A stretch of DNA of 64,000 nucleotides from contig CAWARE010000015.1 of assembly GCA_963784345.1 (NCBI GenBank), forward strand, positions 763-64,762. The letters are read 5' to 3'. Shown here one piece after another: positions 21,755 through 33,158 of the stretch. The notes beneath the pieces are model-generated. The model saw only the letters and a list, made by a program, of their open reading frames with translations, ran no database searches and was not told the DNA's origin. Position 1 is the first letter of the stretch; every line of letters starts with the position of its first letter. This stretch comes from an uncultured Actinomycetota bacterium. Its GTDB lineage: Bacteria > Actinomycetota > Actinomycetes > Propionibacteriales > Propionibacteriaceae. The position numbers were made by a program, and so were the translations under genes.

Positions 21755-23308
21755 CTACTCGCTGACGAGACTGGTGCCGCCGGAGAACTGGGCCAGCCGG
21801 AAGATCACGAACTCCGCCGGCTTGACCGGGGCGACACCGATCTCGCAGACGACCTGACCGGCGTCGATCCCCTCGGCCGGGTTGGTCTCGTCGTCGCACT
21901 TGACGTAGAAGGCCTCGCCGGGGGTGGAGCCGAACAGGGCGCCGGCCCGCCACTCCATCACCAGGAAGGCGGAGATGGTCCGGCGGATCTTGGCCCACAG
22001 GGCTCGGTCGTTGGGCTCGAAGACGACCCAGTTGGTGCCGTTGAGGATCGACTTCTCGAGGTAGTTGAACAACCGCCGGATGTTGAGGTAGCGCCAGGCC
22101 GGGTCCGACGACAGGGTGCGGGCTCCCCACACCCGGATCCCGCGGCCGGGGAAGGCGCGGATGACGTTGATGCCCTCGGGGTTGAGCAGGTCGTGCTCGT
22201 TGCGGGTGATGTTGATCTCCAGGTCGATCGCCCCGCGGACCACCTCGTTGGCGGGGGCCTTGTGCACGCCGCGGGTGGCGTCGTTGCGACCCCAGATGCC
22301 GGCGATGTGACCCGACGGCGGCATGAACGACAGCTGGCCGGTGGCCGGGCTCATCGTCTGCACCCAGGGCCAGTAGAGCGCGGCGTACATCGAGTCGTAG
22401 CGGGCCTTGTCGACGCGCCACTCCTTGATCTGCTGGGCGTTCATGCCGGGGGGTGCGTCCAGGATGGCGACGCGATCGCCCATCAGCTCGCAGTGGGTGA
22501 TCATGGCGCTCTGCACCGCCTGGACCTGGTCGAGATCGATGGCACCCTGTTGGTAGGCGCTCATCAGGTCCGGCACGCAGAGCATGGTGATGTCCTCGAT
22601 CGCCTCGAGACCACCGAACCCGGTCCGCTCGGCGACGTCACCGACGTAGTCGTCGGCACTCAGGCGGGTGGACGGGACGGCGGCCGGCGGGGCAGGGGCC
22701 GTCAGTGCCGTCTCTCCGTTGGCGAGGCGGACCACGGCGCCGCTGCTGGTGTCCTCGAGCTGGACGACCTTGGAGACGGTGTTGACCATCGTCACCACGT
22801 TCTGCTTGCCGCGGCCGAAGGTGGCCCGGTCGTACTCCTCGACGACCTCGCCCTTGACCTTGACCACCAGCCGGAACATGTCCTCGGTGACCCCCTCGCC
22901 GCCGGCGTCGGTGACCTCCACGCTGACGTCACCGGGCGCCGCGGCGGGATCGAGGGCGGTGACCTTCAGCCGGCCGATCTGTGCTGACGGGCTGGCGGCC
23001 AGCTCCTTGGCGCGGGCGCTGCGCGGAGCCGGCCCGCTGCTGTCGCCTTGGCCGACCCGGACGATGTAGGCGTTGCCGCCGCCGTTCTGGAAGTACGCGT
23101 AGACCGACTGCGCCAGGTAGGACCCGGCGACGAAGCCGCCGAAGGTCGTGGTGAACTGCGTCCAGTTGCTGACCAGGGTGGGAGCGTTGAACGGACCTTC
23201 CTCGGCCAGGCCGATGAAGGCGGCGACGGCTGTGCCGGCACCCTCCAGCGGGCGAGCGCCCGCCGCGACCTCCTCGACGTAGACACCGGGTGACTGATAC
23301 GGCGGCAT
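21755..23308 (-). CDS. contractile tail sheath protein
   Basis: YQSPGVYVEE, RGVHKAPANE, GIRVWGARTL, WRYLNIRRL, WVVFEPND, APVKPAEFVIFR. Confidence 0.97.
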   Translation of the reverse strand: MPPYQSPGVYVEEVAAGARPLEGAGTAVAAFIGLAEEGPFNAPTLVSNWTQFTTTFGGFVAGSYLAQSVYAYFQNGGGNAYIVRVGQGDSSGPAPRSARAKELAASPSAQIGRLKVTALDPAAAPGDVSVEVTDAGGEGVTEDMFRLVVKVKGEVVEEYDRATFGRGKQNVVTMVNTVSKVVQLEDTSSGAVVRLANGETALTAPAPPAAVPSTRLSADDYVGDVAERTGFGGLEAIEDITMLCVPDLMSAYQQGAIDLDQVQAVQSAMITHCELMGDRVAILDAPPGMNAQQIKEWRVDKARYDSMYAALYWPWVQTMSPATGQLSFMPPSGHIAGIWGRNDATRGVHKAPANEVVRGAIDLEINITRNEHDLLNPEGINVIRAFPGRGIRVWGARTLSSDPAWRYLNIRRLFNYLEKSILNGTNWVVFEPNDRALWAKIRRTISAFLVMEWRAGALFGSTPGEAFYVKCDDETNPAEGIDAGQVVCEIGVAPVKPAEFVIFRLAQFSGGTSLVSE

Positions 23309-23390
23309 GCTGGGCTCCTTGGGTGTGAACGTGGCCTAAGGCAGCCTGTTCCGAGCGCGCTCCGGGCGGTACGTCCCCGCGGACGCGGCC

Positions 23391-23419
23391 GAGGGCAGGG
23401 TGTGCTGCCCGAAAGGGAA
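23391..23419. promoter_or_regulatory. island operator copy GAGGGCA-N8-TGCCC-GAAA-GGGAA upstream of the sheath operon
   Basis: Intergenic; same spacing as the copies at 31465 and 45665. Confidence 0.6.
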
Positions 23420-23449
23420 GGTGCGCGCGGCCGCTGCGGGTCCGGTGGG

Positions 23450-26400
23450 TCAGGTGGTGACGTGGAAGGGATCCGTCGCGGTGACCGGCGCCCTGCCCTC
23501 CACGACGACCCAGCCAGGCATCGCCTGGCGCAGCTCCTGCCAGGTGCGGAAGTGCCCCGGCTCATCTGACCGGTAGAGCTCACAGCCGCTGCAGTCCAGG
23601 GTGAAGGTGGCACCCGGGCTCGTCTGCTTGATGTGAGCCGTGGCGTTCATGAGGCTCGAAGCGCAGTTCGGACAGGGGGAGTAGCCCTTCATCCGCACTT
23701 GGACCTTCGACACGTCCCCGGAGACCTGACCGCCGGCGCCGAGCACTCCGGAGGCATGGAACTCGGCGTGGCTGGTGTTCTTGTTGTCCCGCAGTACGCG
23801 GCCGGAGGTCCCGAGAATCTGCAGCTGGTTGCTTCCGGGCGCGGGCCGACTGACGAAGGCCCCTCCGGCCGTGGCGAGGTCGCCCGGTTCCATGGCGACG
23901 TCTCCAGCGGCGTCGCGCACTGGACGGCCCGCGGCGTCCTTGGCCGCCCTCCGCCCGAAGTTGAGCTTCGAGAGGTCGGGAGCGGTCCTGTAGTCCACCG
24001 TGATCAACGCAGCAACCTGGGCCCCACGGGCCAGCTTGGCCGCCCACGGGGCAAGCTTCGCGATCGTCTGTGGAGGCGACGCGGTCGCCACGATGGGCAG
24101 GGCGCCCGCGGCGTCTGGCCGACCGAAGCGGAGGCTGCGGAGACCACGCCCCTTCAGCTCCCCTTCGATGGTCCGCAGGACGGAGGCTCCCTCTGCCTGC
24201 GTCTTGACGTGCTCGAGACGGAGGCGGACAGCTGCCAGCGCCTCTCCGCGGACCTGCTCGGACGTCGGGGACCCGTCCGCGGGCCGGCCGGACAGGCGGT
24301 CCCGGGCTCCGGCCACCTTGCCCTTCACCCAGGCCTTGCCGGCGGCGACCTTGGCTTTGACCTTGCTCCCGATCCCCTTGAGTCCGCGGATGACCGGTCC
24401 GGCGAGCTGGAGGCCCTTCTTGATCACGAAGTCCAGCGCCGCGTTGACCGGCTTCTGCAGCTTGGTGATGATCTCGCGGATCTTCTGGCCGATGCCGCCC
24501 AGCCCGATCGCACTGGCCAGGAAACCGATGATCAACGGGATCATCTGCCCGAGCACGTCGTTGATCTTGTTGACCACTGCGCCGACGTTGCCGCGGACGA
24601 TCTCGCTCACCGAGTCCAGGATGGTGTTGACGAACGCCATGATCCGGCTGCCGTTGGTGACGAAGAACATCACCACGTCGTAGATCAGCTTGCAGGCCTT
24701 GATGAAGGCGGCCGCCGGGTTGAGCAGGCCGATCAGCCAGGTGATGCCGGCGGTGATGATCTTGGTGATGACGAAGTCCTTCACCTGCTCCAGGATCATC
24801 TCCTTGATGTCTCCGAGCTTCTCCACCAGCAGCTGCCAGAGACCGCCGATGCCCTGGGAGGCGAAGATCGAGAAGATCTCGACCCCCTTCTCCACCGCTC
24901 CCATCGCCTTCTCGCCGATCTGCTTCACGATCCGGCTGCGGATGTTGGCCCAGGTGAGCCCGAAGATCGACGCCAGCAGCTTGATGATGCCCTTGAGGTC
25001 GAAGCTGTCGGGCAGCTCGATCCCGGCTTCGGCCAGGGAGCCGAACAGCCAGCCCATCAGGCCCTTGCGGAGGTGGCCGAGGATGTTGTCCTTGAACTTC
25101 AGGATCCCGCCCTTGATGCCGGCGATCAGGTTGCCCAGGAAGCCGATCGGGTCCTTGATGATCTGGCTCACCACCCCGGCGGCGCGGGCCAGCACGTTCT
25201 TCAGCATCGAGGCGAGCTCACGGATGGTGTTGATGACGGCCTTGATGGCGCCGATCGCCTTGTCCACCAGACCCTTGTTCTCGGCCTGCAACGCCTCGAT
25301 CCGCTCGTCCAGCCCCTTGCGGGCCTCGACGTACTTGGTGGCGAGCGTGTCCACCACGGACTCCTGCTTGGCGTCCACCTCGCCCTCCAGGTCGGTGAAG
25401 CGTTCGCCGATCTCCTGCGACGCCTGGGTGCCGACCTTCTGCAGGTCCGTCGGAAGGCTCTTCACGTAGGCGGCGATCTCCGCCTTGCCGCTGGCGATCC
25501 GTCGCTTCGCCGCCGTCAGGTCACCACCGACGATGTCGGCGACTCGGGAGATGACGCCGTCCATCTGCTTCAGGTAGAGCTCGCGGCCGGCGGCGTAGAA
25601 CTCGTTCACCTTGTCGGGCATCCCGACCAGCTTGTCCTTGGCCCAGCGCAGGCCACCGAGCCAGCCGCCGTAGCGATCCTTCTTGTAGGCCGACATCTTC
25701 GCGCTGACGTAGCCCTCGAAAGCCTGGCGCGCGCCGGCCTCGCCGGCGGCGAAGGCTGTCTCGACCTTCGCGTCGATGCCGTCCAGGATCTTCTTCACGT
25801 CGGTCTCGGTGGCCTCGAAGATGGTCTGGATCCGCCCGGTCACCTCCGCGCGCTTGGCCTCGTCCTTGGTCTTGGCCTTGCCCTTGTCCGCGACGATCGT
25901 GGCCAGGGCTGCGGCCTTGCTGCCCTGCATGTCGGCGTCGCGCCGGCGGACTCGGCGTTCGCCTCCGCCGCCGTCTGCTGGATGACCTGGGACTCCTGCC
26001 GGCGGTACTGGGCCGGTGCCTGCGTCGACTGCTCCGCCGCGGCCTTCTTGTCGGAGACCGCCTGGGTGAACTCGGGCTCGTTGGACTCGGCTCAGCTGGT
26101 CCTCGGTGACGTCGGCCTCGGCCAGCTGCTCGTCGGCGGCGCGCGGTCCGGCGGCGAGGTTGAGCTGGTCGTTCGGTGCAGGCTTCGGCGCGGAGCCGGT
26201 GGCCGGCACCGGCAGGTGACACCGGGCTCCTCAGGTGCCATCGGCGAGACCGGCTTGGCCACAGCTGTGGACTGATCGGGCGGGGCCTCGGTCGCAGTCT
26301 CGACGTCCTTGGTCTGGCCCTTGGGTGCCCTGGGTGACCAGGCCCTTGACCTCGCCCGCGACCTCACCGGCCTTGCCGGACTCCCGGTAGTCGTCGGCCT

Positions 26401-27293
26401 CCTGCAGCGTCTTCGGTGACTTGGCCTCGATGGCGGTCTTGACGGCCGCGATGAAGGCCGACCGGTCGAAGGTGCCCGGCTGCTGGGCGTCCATCGTGTC
26501 GACCTTGGCCGCCTTGGCCTGGGCGCCGAGATCGTCGACCGGCGGTAGCGCCGCGTCCTGCGCCTCCTTCGCCTTGGCCGCGGCCGGCGGATGGCTGCGG
26601 GTGGCTCGGCCGACAGTCCCCAGCTGGTGCTTGACCTGGCCGAACGCGGGATCGTCGTCCGGCCGTACGAGCGCAGGCGCGACGGGGGGCGCCAGCGGGT
26701 CGACCGTTCCCCCCACCGACAGCGGGGCGAGACCGGTTCCCGGTCCGCCGCCGACGGCTGGAGCGGCCGCTGCGCCGGTCGGTCGGCCCCTGGTGTCCGC
26801 GCGGGCTTGGCCACGAACCGAGCGAGCGGGCTCTTCGGGGGCACGGGCTTGGGTGGGGGGACGGGCTTCTTGGGAGGCACCGATCCGGGACCGAAACCGG
26901 ACCGGATGACCGCCAGGGCACCAGCGGGCGGCTTCGGCCCCTCCAGGTCGACCGGGAACGCCGGCCGCCTTGGCCGCTCGAAGTCCCTTCTCGACCGGAT
27001 CGACCGACGGCTCGTCGCGTCTCAGCTCGGCCAGGGCACCATCGACGTCGGCGACGGAGTCCTGCTTCCGGCGATCTGGTCTTGGCGGCCAGCAGGGCGT
27101 TCACCGCCTCGTTCCCGGCGCGCCGCTGCAGGGTCAGCAACCCCGGCTGGCCGACCGGAGCCTGCCCGCCGGCGCGTTGTCTGCCCGCGGTCAGGGCCTT
27201 GGTGGCATCGGCCCGATCAGCGGCGTGACCAGAGCCCACCACCCATCCAGCGTCGACGACTCCTCGTGGGCGCTGCCAGGCCGTGGGGCGCAC
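23450..27293 (-). CDS. CIS effector: LQRxxGN N-terminus, long helical tape-measure-like body, C-terminal zinc-dependent deaminase (frameshifted; start approximate)
   Basis: LLTLQRRAGNEAV; amphipathic IIKDPIGFLGNL..GWLFG..LNPAAAFIKA region; C-terminal SHAEF..SPCPNC. Confidence 0.8.
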
Positions 27294-27334
27294 CCGCCCG
27301 TGAAGGGACCGGCGCCCGAAGGAGTCAGGTCCCG

Positions 27335-27348
27335 TGCCCTTCCGGGCA
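27335..27348. promoter_or_regulatory. island operator TGCCC-TTCC-GGGCA upstream of the effector
   Basis: Perfect arms; intergenic. Confidence 0.6.
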
Positions 27349-27355
27349 ACCGGGG

Positions 27356-28164
27356 TCAGGCCGGCGTCTCCTCTTCTTCTTCCTCGCCCTCCCGCTGGAC
27401 GAAGAGCCCCTGGACGGGCTCTTCCTCTTCCTCGGGCGCCTCGCCCTCCCGTTGCACGAACAGTCCCTGCACCGGCTCCTCGTCGTGATCATGACCGGCG
27501 TGACGCTGGACGAAGAGTCCCTGGACCTCGTCCTCCTCCTCGGCCTCGCGCTGCACGGCGGGACCGCTGGCGCTCAGGGTCTGCACCGGGGCGGGGGCCG
27601 ACATCACCTGCTCGGCGTTGGCCGACGCCTCCCGCTCGAAGCGGTCCGACGGGTCGCTGACCTTGATCCCGCCGGGGGCCGACGTGCCGTCGACCGGTCC
27701 GCTGCGCTGCTGCACCACGTGCGTCAGCTCGTGGGCCAGGGTCGTCCGACCCTCGCTGGAGCCCGGGTTGTAGGTGTCGCGCTGGAAGACGATGTTGGAC
27801 CCGACGGTGTACGCGTGCGCGTTCACCGCGCGAGGCCGAGGCGGCGGCCGCGGAGTCGTCGTGCACCCGGACGTCGCTGAAGTCGTGGCCCATCCGGGCC
27901 TCCATGTCGGTGCGGACCTCGGCGTCCAGTGGTCGGCCGCCGGAGGAGATCACGTCGTGCACGGGGGAGCGCTCCTCCTCCAGCATCGACGACACCCCGG
28001 CGTTGCCGACGCTGCGCTGCAGCCCGAGGATGTCCTCGGCGCCCAGGGTGTCCGTACGACCAGTCGGCCGCCGCCTTGCCGGTGTGACCGCTCACTTCCT
28101 GGTCGATCCGGGACGCTGCCGGACGCAGGGTCTCGACGCGCTCGTCGTGACGATGTTCGTGCAT
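27356..28164 (-). CDS. DUF4157 (eCIS core domain) protein (frameshifted)
   Basis: LGLQRSVGNAGV; GRPLD..MEARMGHDFSDVRVH; AYTVGSNIVF; LAHELTHVVQQRSG; VSDPSDRFEREA; acidic VQGLFVQR repeats. Confidence 0.92.
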
Positions 28165-28260
28165 GAGCAGGACCTCCGCGAGTCGGCGACCTTTCCACTG
28201 TGGCACGGGTCGCCGGTCGTCGCCAGACCCCGGAGGCGGGTCCGTCGGCGCAGTTCCGGT

Positions 28261-28274
28261 TGCCCGAAGGGGCA
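28261..28274. promoter_or_regulatory. island operator TGCCC-GAAG-GGGCA upstream of the DUF4157 gene
   Basis: Perfect arms; intergenic. Confidence 0.6.
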
Positions 28275-28299
28275 GACCCGTCAGGCGGGCGTCGACGGC

Positions 28300-30352
28300 T
28301 CAGGCGATCATCGAGAAGTAGCGACCGAACTCCCGTTCCAGGACGAGCCGGCCCATCTTGCGGTACTCCTGCTCCACGGCCGCGACCAGGTGCAGCATGC
28401 CGACAGCAGTGCCCGTCAGCCGCGGCCAGGTAGGCGGCGGTGGTCGACGCGGAGCGGATGTTGCCGCCGGCGAAGTCGAAGGACGCCGCCAGGAAGTCGT
28501 AGTCGATGTCGGTCCCGAGCGGCAGCGGTGGCGCCAGGCAGCGCTGCCACAGGGAGTGACGCAGCTCCTCGGTCGGCTCCGGGAAGTCGATGATCGCGTC
28601 CAGCCGGCGGGTGAACGCGTCGTCGATGTTGGCCCGCAGGTTCGTGGCCAGCACCGCCAGCCCGTCGAAGGTCTCCAACCGCTGCAGCAGGTAGGCGCTC
28701 TCGATGTTGGCGTAGCGGTCGTGGGCGTCGCGGACGTCGCTGCGCTTGCCGAAGATGGCATCCGCCTCGTCGAAGAACAGCACGGCGTTGACCCCGCCCG
28801 CCTCGGTGAAGATGCGTTCGAGGTTCTTCTCGGTCTCCCCGATGTACTTGTCCACCACGGTGGCCAGGTTGACGGTGTAGAGGTCGAGACCGAGGTCGGA
28901 GGCGATCACCTCGGCCGACATCGTCTTCCCCGTGCCCGAGTCCCCGGCGAACAGGGCGGTCACCCCGTGGCCCCGACCGCCGCCACGCCGCATCCGCCAG
29001 TCGGTCAGCACGGTGTCCCGGTGCCGGGCCCGCGCGGCGACCTCCTTCAGCCCTCGGGTCACGGCCGGGGCCAGCACCAGATCGGACCACTGCACCTCCG
29101 GCACGATGCGCCGGGCCAACCGTTCCAGTCCCGCCGCGTTCTGGGCGCGTACGCCTCGGCGGAGGTCGTCGGCCGACACCGCACCGCCGGTCATCCGCGC
29201 CGACGCCTCCGCGGCCCGCACCGCTCGGGCGACCTGACCCGGACCCAGCGCCAGGTGCACCGCCAGGGAGGCCGGATCCAGCGAGGGATCGTGATCACCG
29301 AGTTCGCGCTCCCACAACGCCAGCCGCTCGCGGCCCCCGAGCACCGGGGCATCGGCCAGCAACGGGCTCTCGGTCGACCACTGGGGGTCCCAGGTGGTCG
29401 TCCCGACCAGCAGCACCGGTACGTCGGCCGCGGTCAGCCGGTGCATCGGCTCCGCTCCGGCCTCGGCCAGTGCTTCCACCGGGCCGGCCACCAGGCCGGC
29501 GCCGAGCAGCAGCGCCTCGCGGATGGCCAGGTCGGCCAGAGCGGCCGCCTCGGTCGGCGAGGCGCCGCCGAGTCGGGTCAGGTCCAGCGTCAACGCTCCC
29601 AGCGACGCGGCTGCCAGGGCGGCGACCGCCACGGCCGAACCGGTGCCGACCACCCGCTCGCTCAGGTGGACCAGACGCACCCCGGCGGCCAGCGCGCGGC
29701 CGAGCTGCTCGGCGACGGGTGCGCTGTACGGGGCGACGTCGTCGATCAGACCGGCCAGTCCGGCGGCCGGTGCGTCGTCCCCGAGCAGGTGGGCCCCCAC
29801 CCGGTCGGGCACCCGCAGCCCTCTGGTGAGGAACGGGCGCTCGGCGTCCTCGACCACGATCAGGCCGCGGCTGACCAGCGGCCGGCTCAGCTCCAGTCGG
29901 GCCCGGGCGCTCGCCGTCATGGCCGACTCACCGGCCAGCTGGAGGGCGAGCCCGACCGAGGCGCGGCGCCGGGTGACGTCGTCGTTGAGGTAGCCGTACA
30001 GGCGCTCGAACCGGCTGTCCAGGTCGGGCAGCAGGGCGATCATCAGCAGCTCGACGTCCAACGGGGTCAGCCCGGCGCTCTGGGCGAGTCGTCGCAACCG
30101 CAGCGGGGATCCGGTGGACTCGGCCGTGTCGGCATCAGCCTCGAGCTCACCGCGGGCGTCACTGTGCAGAGGATGAGCGGCCGCCGTGCCGCTGGCCAGC
30201 AGCTGCTCGACGGTCTCCTCGCTGACGTACAGGCCGCGGAACGGGTCGTCCGGGCTCGGGTCGCCGGCCCGACGGAGGGCCACCAGCTCCCGGACGCGGG
30301 TCTCGACCAGCTGGGCCCGACCGAGCAGGTAGGCGAGGTCCGGTGTGCTCAC
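28300..30352 (-). CDS. CIS AAA+ ATPase (Afp15/Pvc15-like; frameshift near 28420)
   Basis: DPFRGLYV, YGYLNDDVTRRR, Walker A GDSGTGKT, VVDKYIGETEKNL, Walker B LFFDEADAIFGKR, DRYAN. Confidence 0.95.
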
Positions 30353-31411
30353 GGTTCCCGCCGGGTCACGGCCGCTTCTTGGTCTGCCGGGTCCGGGTGA
30401 TCGCCACCCGGGGACCGGGCCGTCCACCGGTCCGGCTGCTCCGCTTCGCCGTGCCCGTGCCCGTGGCGTCGCCGGCTGGCTCGCCCAGCGGGTCGTCGTC
30501 CGGCGAGGTGTCCGTGACAGGTGGGACGGCTCGGCCGTGGCTGGCCCGGCCCGCAGCTCGTTCCGGGAGCTGGGCGGACGACTCGGCGGAGCCGGGTGGA
30601 GCCATCGCCGTCGCCCACCCGGTGGCCTGCTCCCAGCCGGTGTCGGTCCGGGGACCGGGGTCAACGCCCGCGCAGCCGAGGTCGGCTTCCCGCTGCGGGA
30701 TCGCGACGACTTCGCGCCGGCCGGCGTGGCCGGTGCGTCCTCGTCGCTCGCCGATCCGGCACCGGGCGTCGGCCCGTCGGTGCCCGGGGGCCACGACTCG
30801 ACCCCGTTGCGGCTCTTGGTCTCGCGGGTCGGCCAACCGTAGGAGCCGCCGAGGCTGACGCGGGGTGGGAGCTCGACCGGCGGCCCGGTGTGGAAGCTCT
30901 GGCCGGTGTCCAGCGGGGTGCTCACGACGATGTCGATCGACGGCTTGAGCTCGCCGCCCAGCGCCGACCACACGTCGGCGAAGGCCCGGTCCTCCGGCGG
31001 CGGCAGGGCGATGGTGATGGGGATCGGCAACCCGAGATCGGTCAGCGGACCGGTCAGCACGTCGGCCGGCAGCGCGTCGTACTTGAGAAAGCACAGCAGC
31101 AGCGACGAGAGCAGCCGGTGCTCGTCCTCGGGGCGCTGCGTCCAGGCCGTGACGAGGTAGGAGAGCTTGAAGTGGCGGGGTGGCAGCCGCCGGGACACGA
31201 CGACGTTGGAGTCGTCGTAGACGTTGTGCATCCCGCGTTCCCGGCGGCGCAGGTCCTCGCGGATGTCGTACAGGTAGACGTCGATGGTGGGCGAGTTGCG
31301 CCGCCCGGCCCACTCCCGGGTCGGGGCGTCGAAGACGATCTCGACATCGCGCGTTCCGGCCGCCTCACGTTCGATCAACGTACGCAGCGCGGAGTCCACC
31401 TCGTGGATCAC
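30349..31411 (-). CDS. Pvc16/DUF4255 tail terminator-cap protein with low-complexity tail (3' end approximate)
   Basis: IHEVDSALRTL..FDAPTREW..YLYDIRED..LSYLVTAW..DEHRLLS..WSALGGELKPS. An alternative-frame stop overlaps the ATPase GTG. Confidence 0.9.
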
Positions 31412-31464
31412 CCCAGCAGGATGCCCTGCCCACGGTGGCCGGGGCAGGGCCAGGATGCCGCTAC

Positions 31465-31493
31465 GAGGGCATGGCTGGTTGCCCGATCGCGCA
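31465..31493. promoter_or_regulatory. island operator GAGGGCA-N8-TGCCC-GATC-GCGCA in the divergent Pvc16/FN3 promoter region
   Basis: Near-identical to 45665-45693. Confidence 0.65.
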
Positions 31494-31563
31494 GCCGAAC
31501 CGCAGATGATCATGGTCGGCGCTGATCCACATCGAGGGCCTCCCGTCGGCCGATCCGCCGCTC

Positions 31564-31569
31564 TATGCT
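31564..31569 (+). promoter_or_regulatory. -10 element TATGCT, leaderless start
   Basis: 6 nt upstream of GTG 31576 with no SD. The paralog has TAGCAT at 45723-45728 with the same spacing. Confidence 0.5.
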
Positions 31570-31575
31570 GACGGC

Positions 31576-33140
31576 GTGACCGATCCCCTCGTCTCGCTGG
31601 ACGTCGACCGGGTGGCGGTCGAGCCCGGGGGTCAGGCCTCGGTCACGATCAAGATCATCAACCCGGGGACCATCGTCGAGGGCTACCGGGTGGAGGTCAT
31701 CGGCGAGGGTGTGGCGGACTGGGGCGAGGCGCTGCCCCCGGAGATCTCGATCTACCCCCAGCAGGACGCCACCGCGGTGATCGTCTTCAGCCCCCCCGGC
31801 GGAACCGGCGCACCCGGCGGCACCTGGCCGTTCGGCATCCGGGTGCGGTCCACCGAGGACGCCGAGGCCAGCGCGGTGGTCGAGGGTGACCTGGAGATCG
31901 GCAAGGTGTTCGGCCTCCAGGCCAAGCTCCTCCCGGTGAACTCGTCCGGGCGGTGGCGTGGACGCCACGTGGTCCAGCTCAGCAACTGGGGCAACGCCCC
32001 GGCCAGGCTCAAGCTGACAGCGGCCAACCCGGACGACGCGCTCGGGTTCCTGATCAGACCGGACGTCGTCGAGCTGGCTCTCGGCGGCACCGGCACCGCG
32101 ATGGTGTGGGTGAAGACGAAGACCCCGACCCTGCGCGGCACCCCGACCCGGATCCCGTTCACGGTCACCGGGGAGTCGGTCGACGCCCCGGCCCAGTCGG
32201 GTCCGTTGCCTGTGTACGGGGGGAGTCCGGACCGGCCGACCGTCGACGGTGCCTTCAACCAGAAGCCGATCCTGGCCACCGGGGCGATCATGCTGCTCGC
32301 ACTGGTGCTGCTCGGGGTCGGCGGCGGGGTGGCCTGGGCCCTCACCCGACCGCTGCCGCCCGGCGCCACGTTCCAGGAGCTGGGACCGCCCGCGGCGCCG
32401 CGCGCGGTGAAGGTCGCAGCAGTCGGACCGGACTCGGTCGAGGTCAGCTGGTCGGCGGTACCCAACGTCGAGGGCTACACGGTCGTGCAGGTGCGTGACG
32501 GGTCGACCACGGGGTCGCAGCCGGTGCCGGGCACGGACACGGCCACCACCGTCGACGGCCTCGCGCCGGGGAGCACGGCCTGCTTCGCCGTCCAGTCCCG
32601 CCGTGGTGACCTGACGAGTCCGTTCACCGAGAAGCAGTGCGCGGAGACGCCCGCGGCGCCGCTGACCGCCAGTCCGTCACCCACCGGGTCGGCCGCCTCC
32701 CCGTCGTCGCCGGCTCCCCGTCGTCGGCCGCCTCATCGGGTGGAGGGAGTGGGGCGACCGACGGTGGTGGACCGGGCCCCGTGCCCCCGAGCGGGGTCTC
32801 GAACCCGCCGCCGACCAGCCCGCCCTCGACGCAGCCGTCCTCGCCCGGCATCGACACGACCGCCGACGCGGGCTTCCGGGGCAAGTGGTTCGCCGCAGAC
32901 TGGTGGCCGGTCTCGGGGAGCACCTATGACCCGCAGGAGAAGCTGGCGGCGCTGCGGGCGGTGGACGACCGCGCGGGCATCGTCTCCAGCCGCCAGTACC
33001 CGAACGCCGTGCCCCGCTTCCAGGTGGAGAGCTGGGTGCTCTACCTCGGTCCCCTCGACAGCAAGGCCGACGCGGAGGCCGCCTGCGCGACCTTCACCAC
33101 GGCGCACCCGTTCTGCCGGGCCATCCAGCTCGATCCCTGA
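31576..33140 (+). CDS. CIS-associated membrane protein: Ig-like (COG1470-type) N-domains, TM, FN3, SPOR-like C-domain (frameshift near 32720)
   Basis: VEPGGQASVTIKIINPGTIVEGY..PPEISIYP..NWGNAP resembles the Streptomyces CIS 'hydrolytic proteins'; TM; VEVSWSAVPNVEGYTV; SWVLYLGPLDSKADAEAAC. Confidence 0.75.
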
Positions 33141-33158
33141 GGCCCGTGGCGGGCCGCG

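Noticed and set aside
11932-23308. Prophage or T6SS
   Set aside because: No capsid, portal, terminase or integrase, and no TssJLM/ClpV. Pvc16, the Afp15-like ATPase and DUF4157 indicate eCIS.
12411-26275. Long antisense ORFs (e.g. 12411-14717, 14846-17449, 23633-26275; also 34891-37200)
   Set aside because: Shadow ORFs expected in high-GC DNA opposite well-supported genes; no recognisable motifs.
27950-31513. 1187-aa ORF suggesting a Pvc16-AAA ATPase fusion
   Set aside because: The linker reads as off-frame sequence, an alternative-frame TGA (30349-30351) overlaps the ATPase GTG in the usual coupled arrangement, and indels are frequent here. Most likely an artefact.
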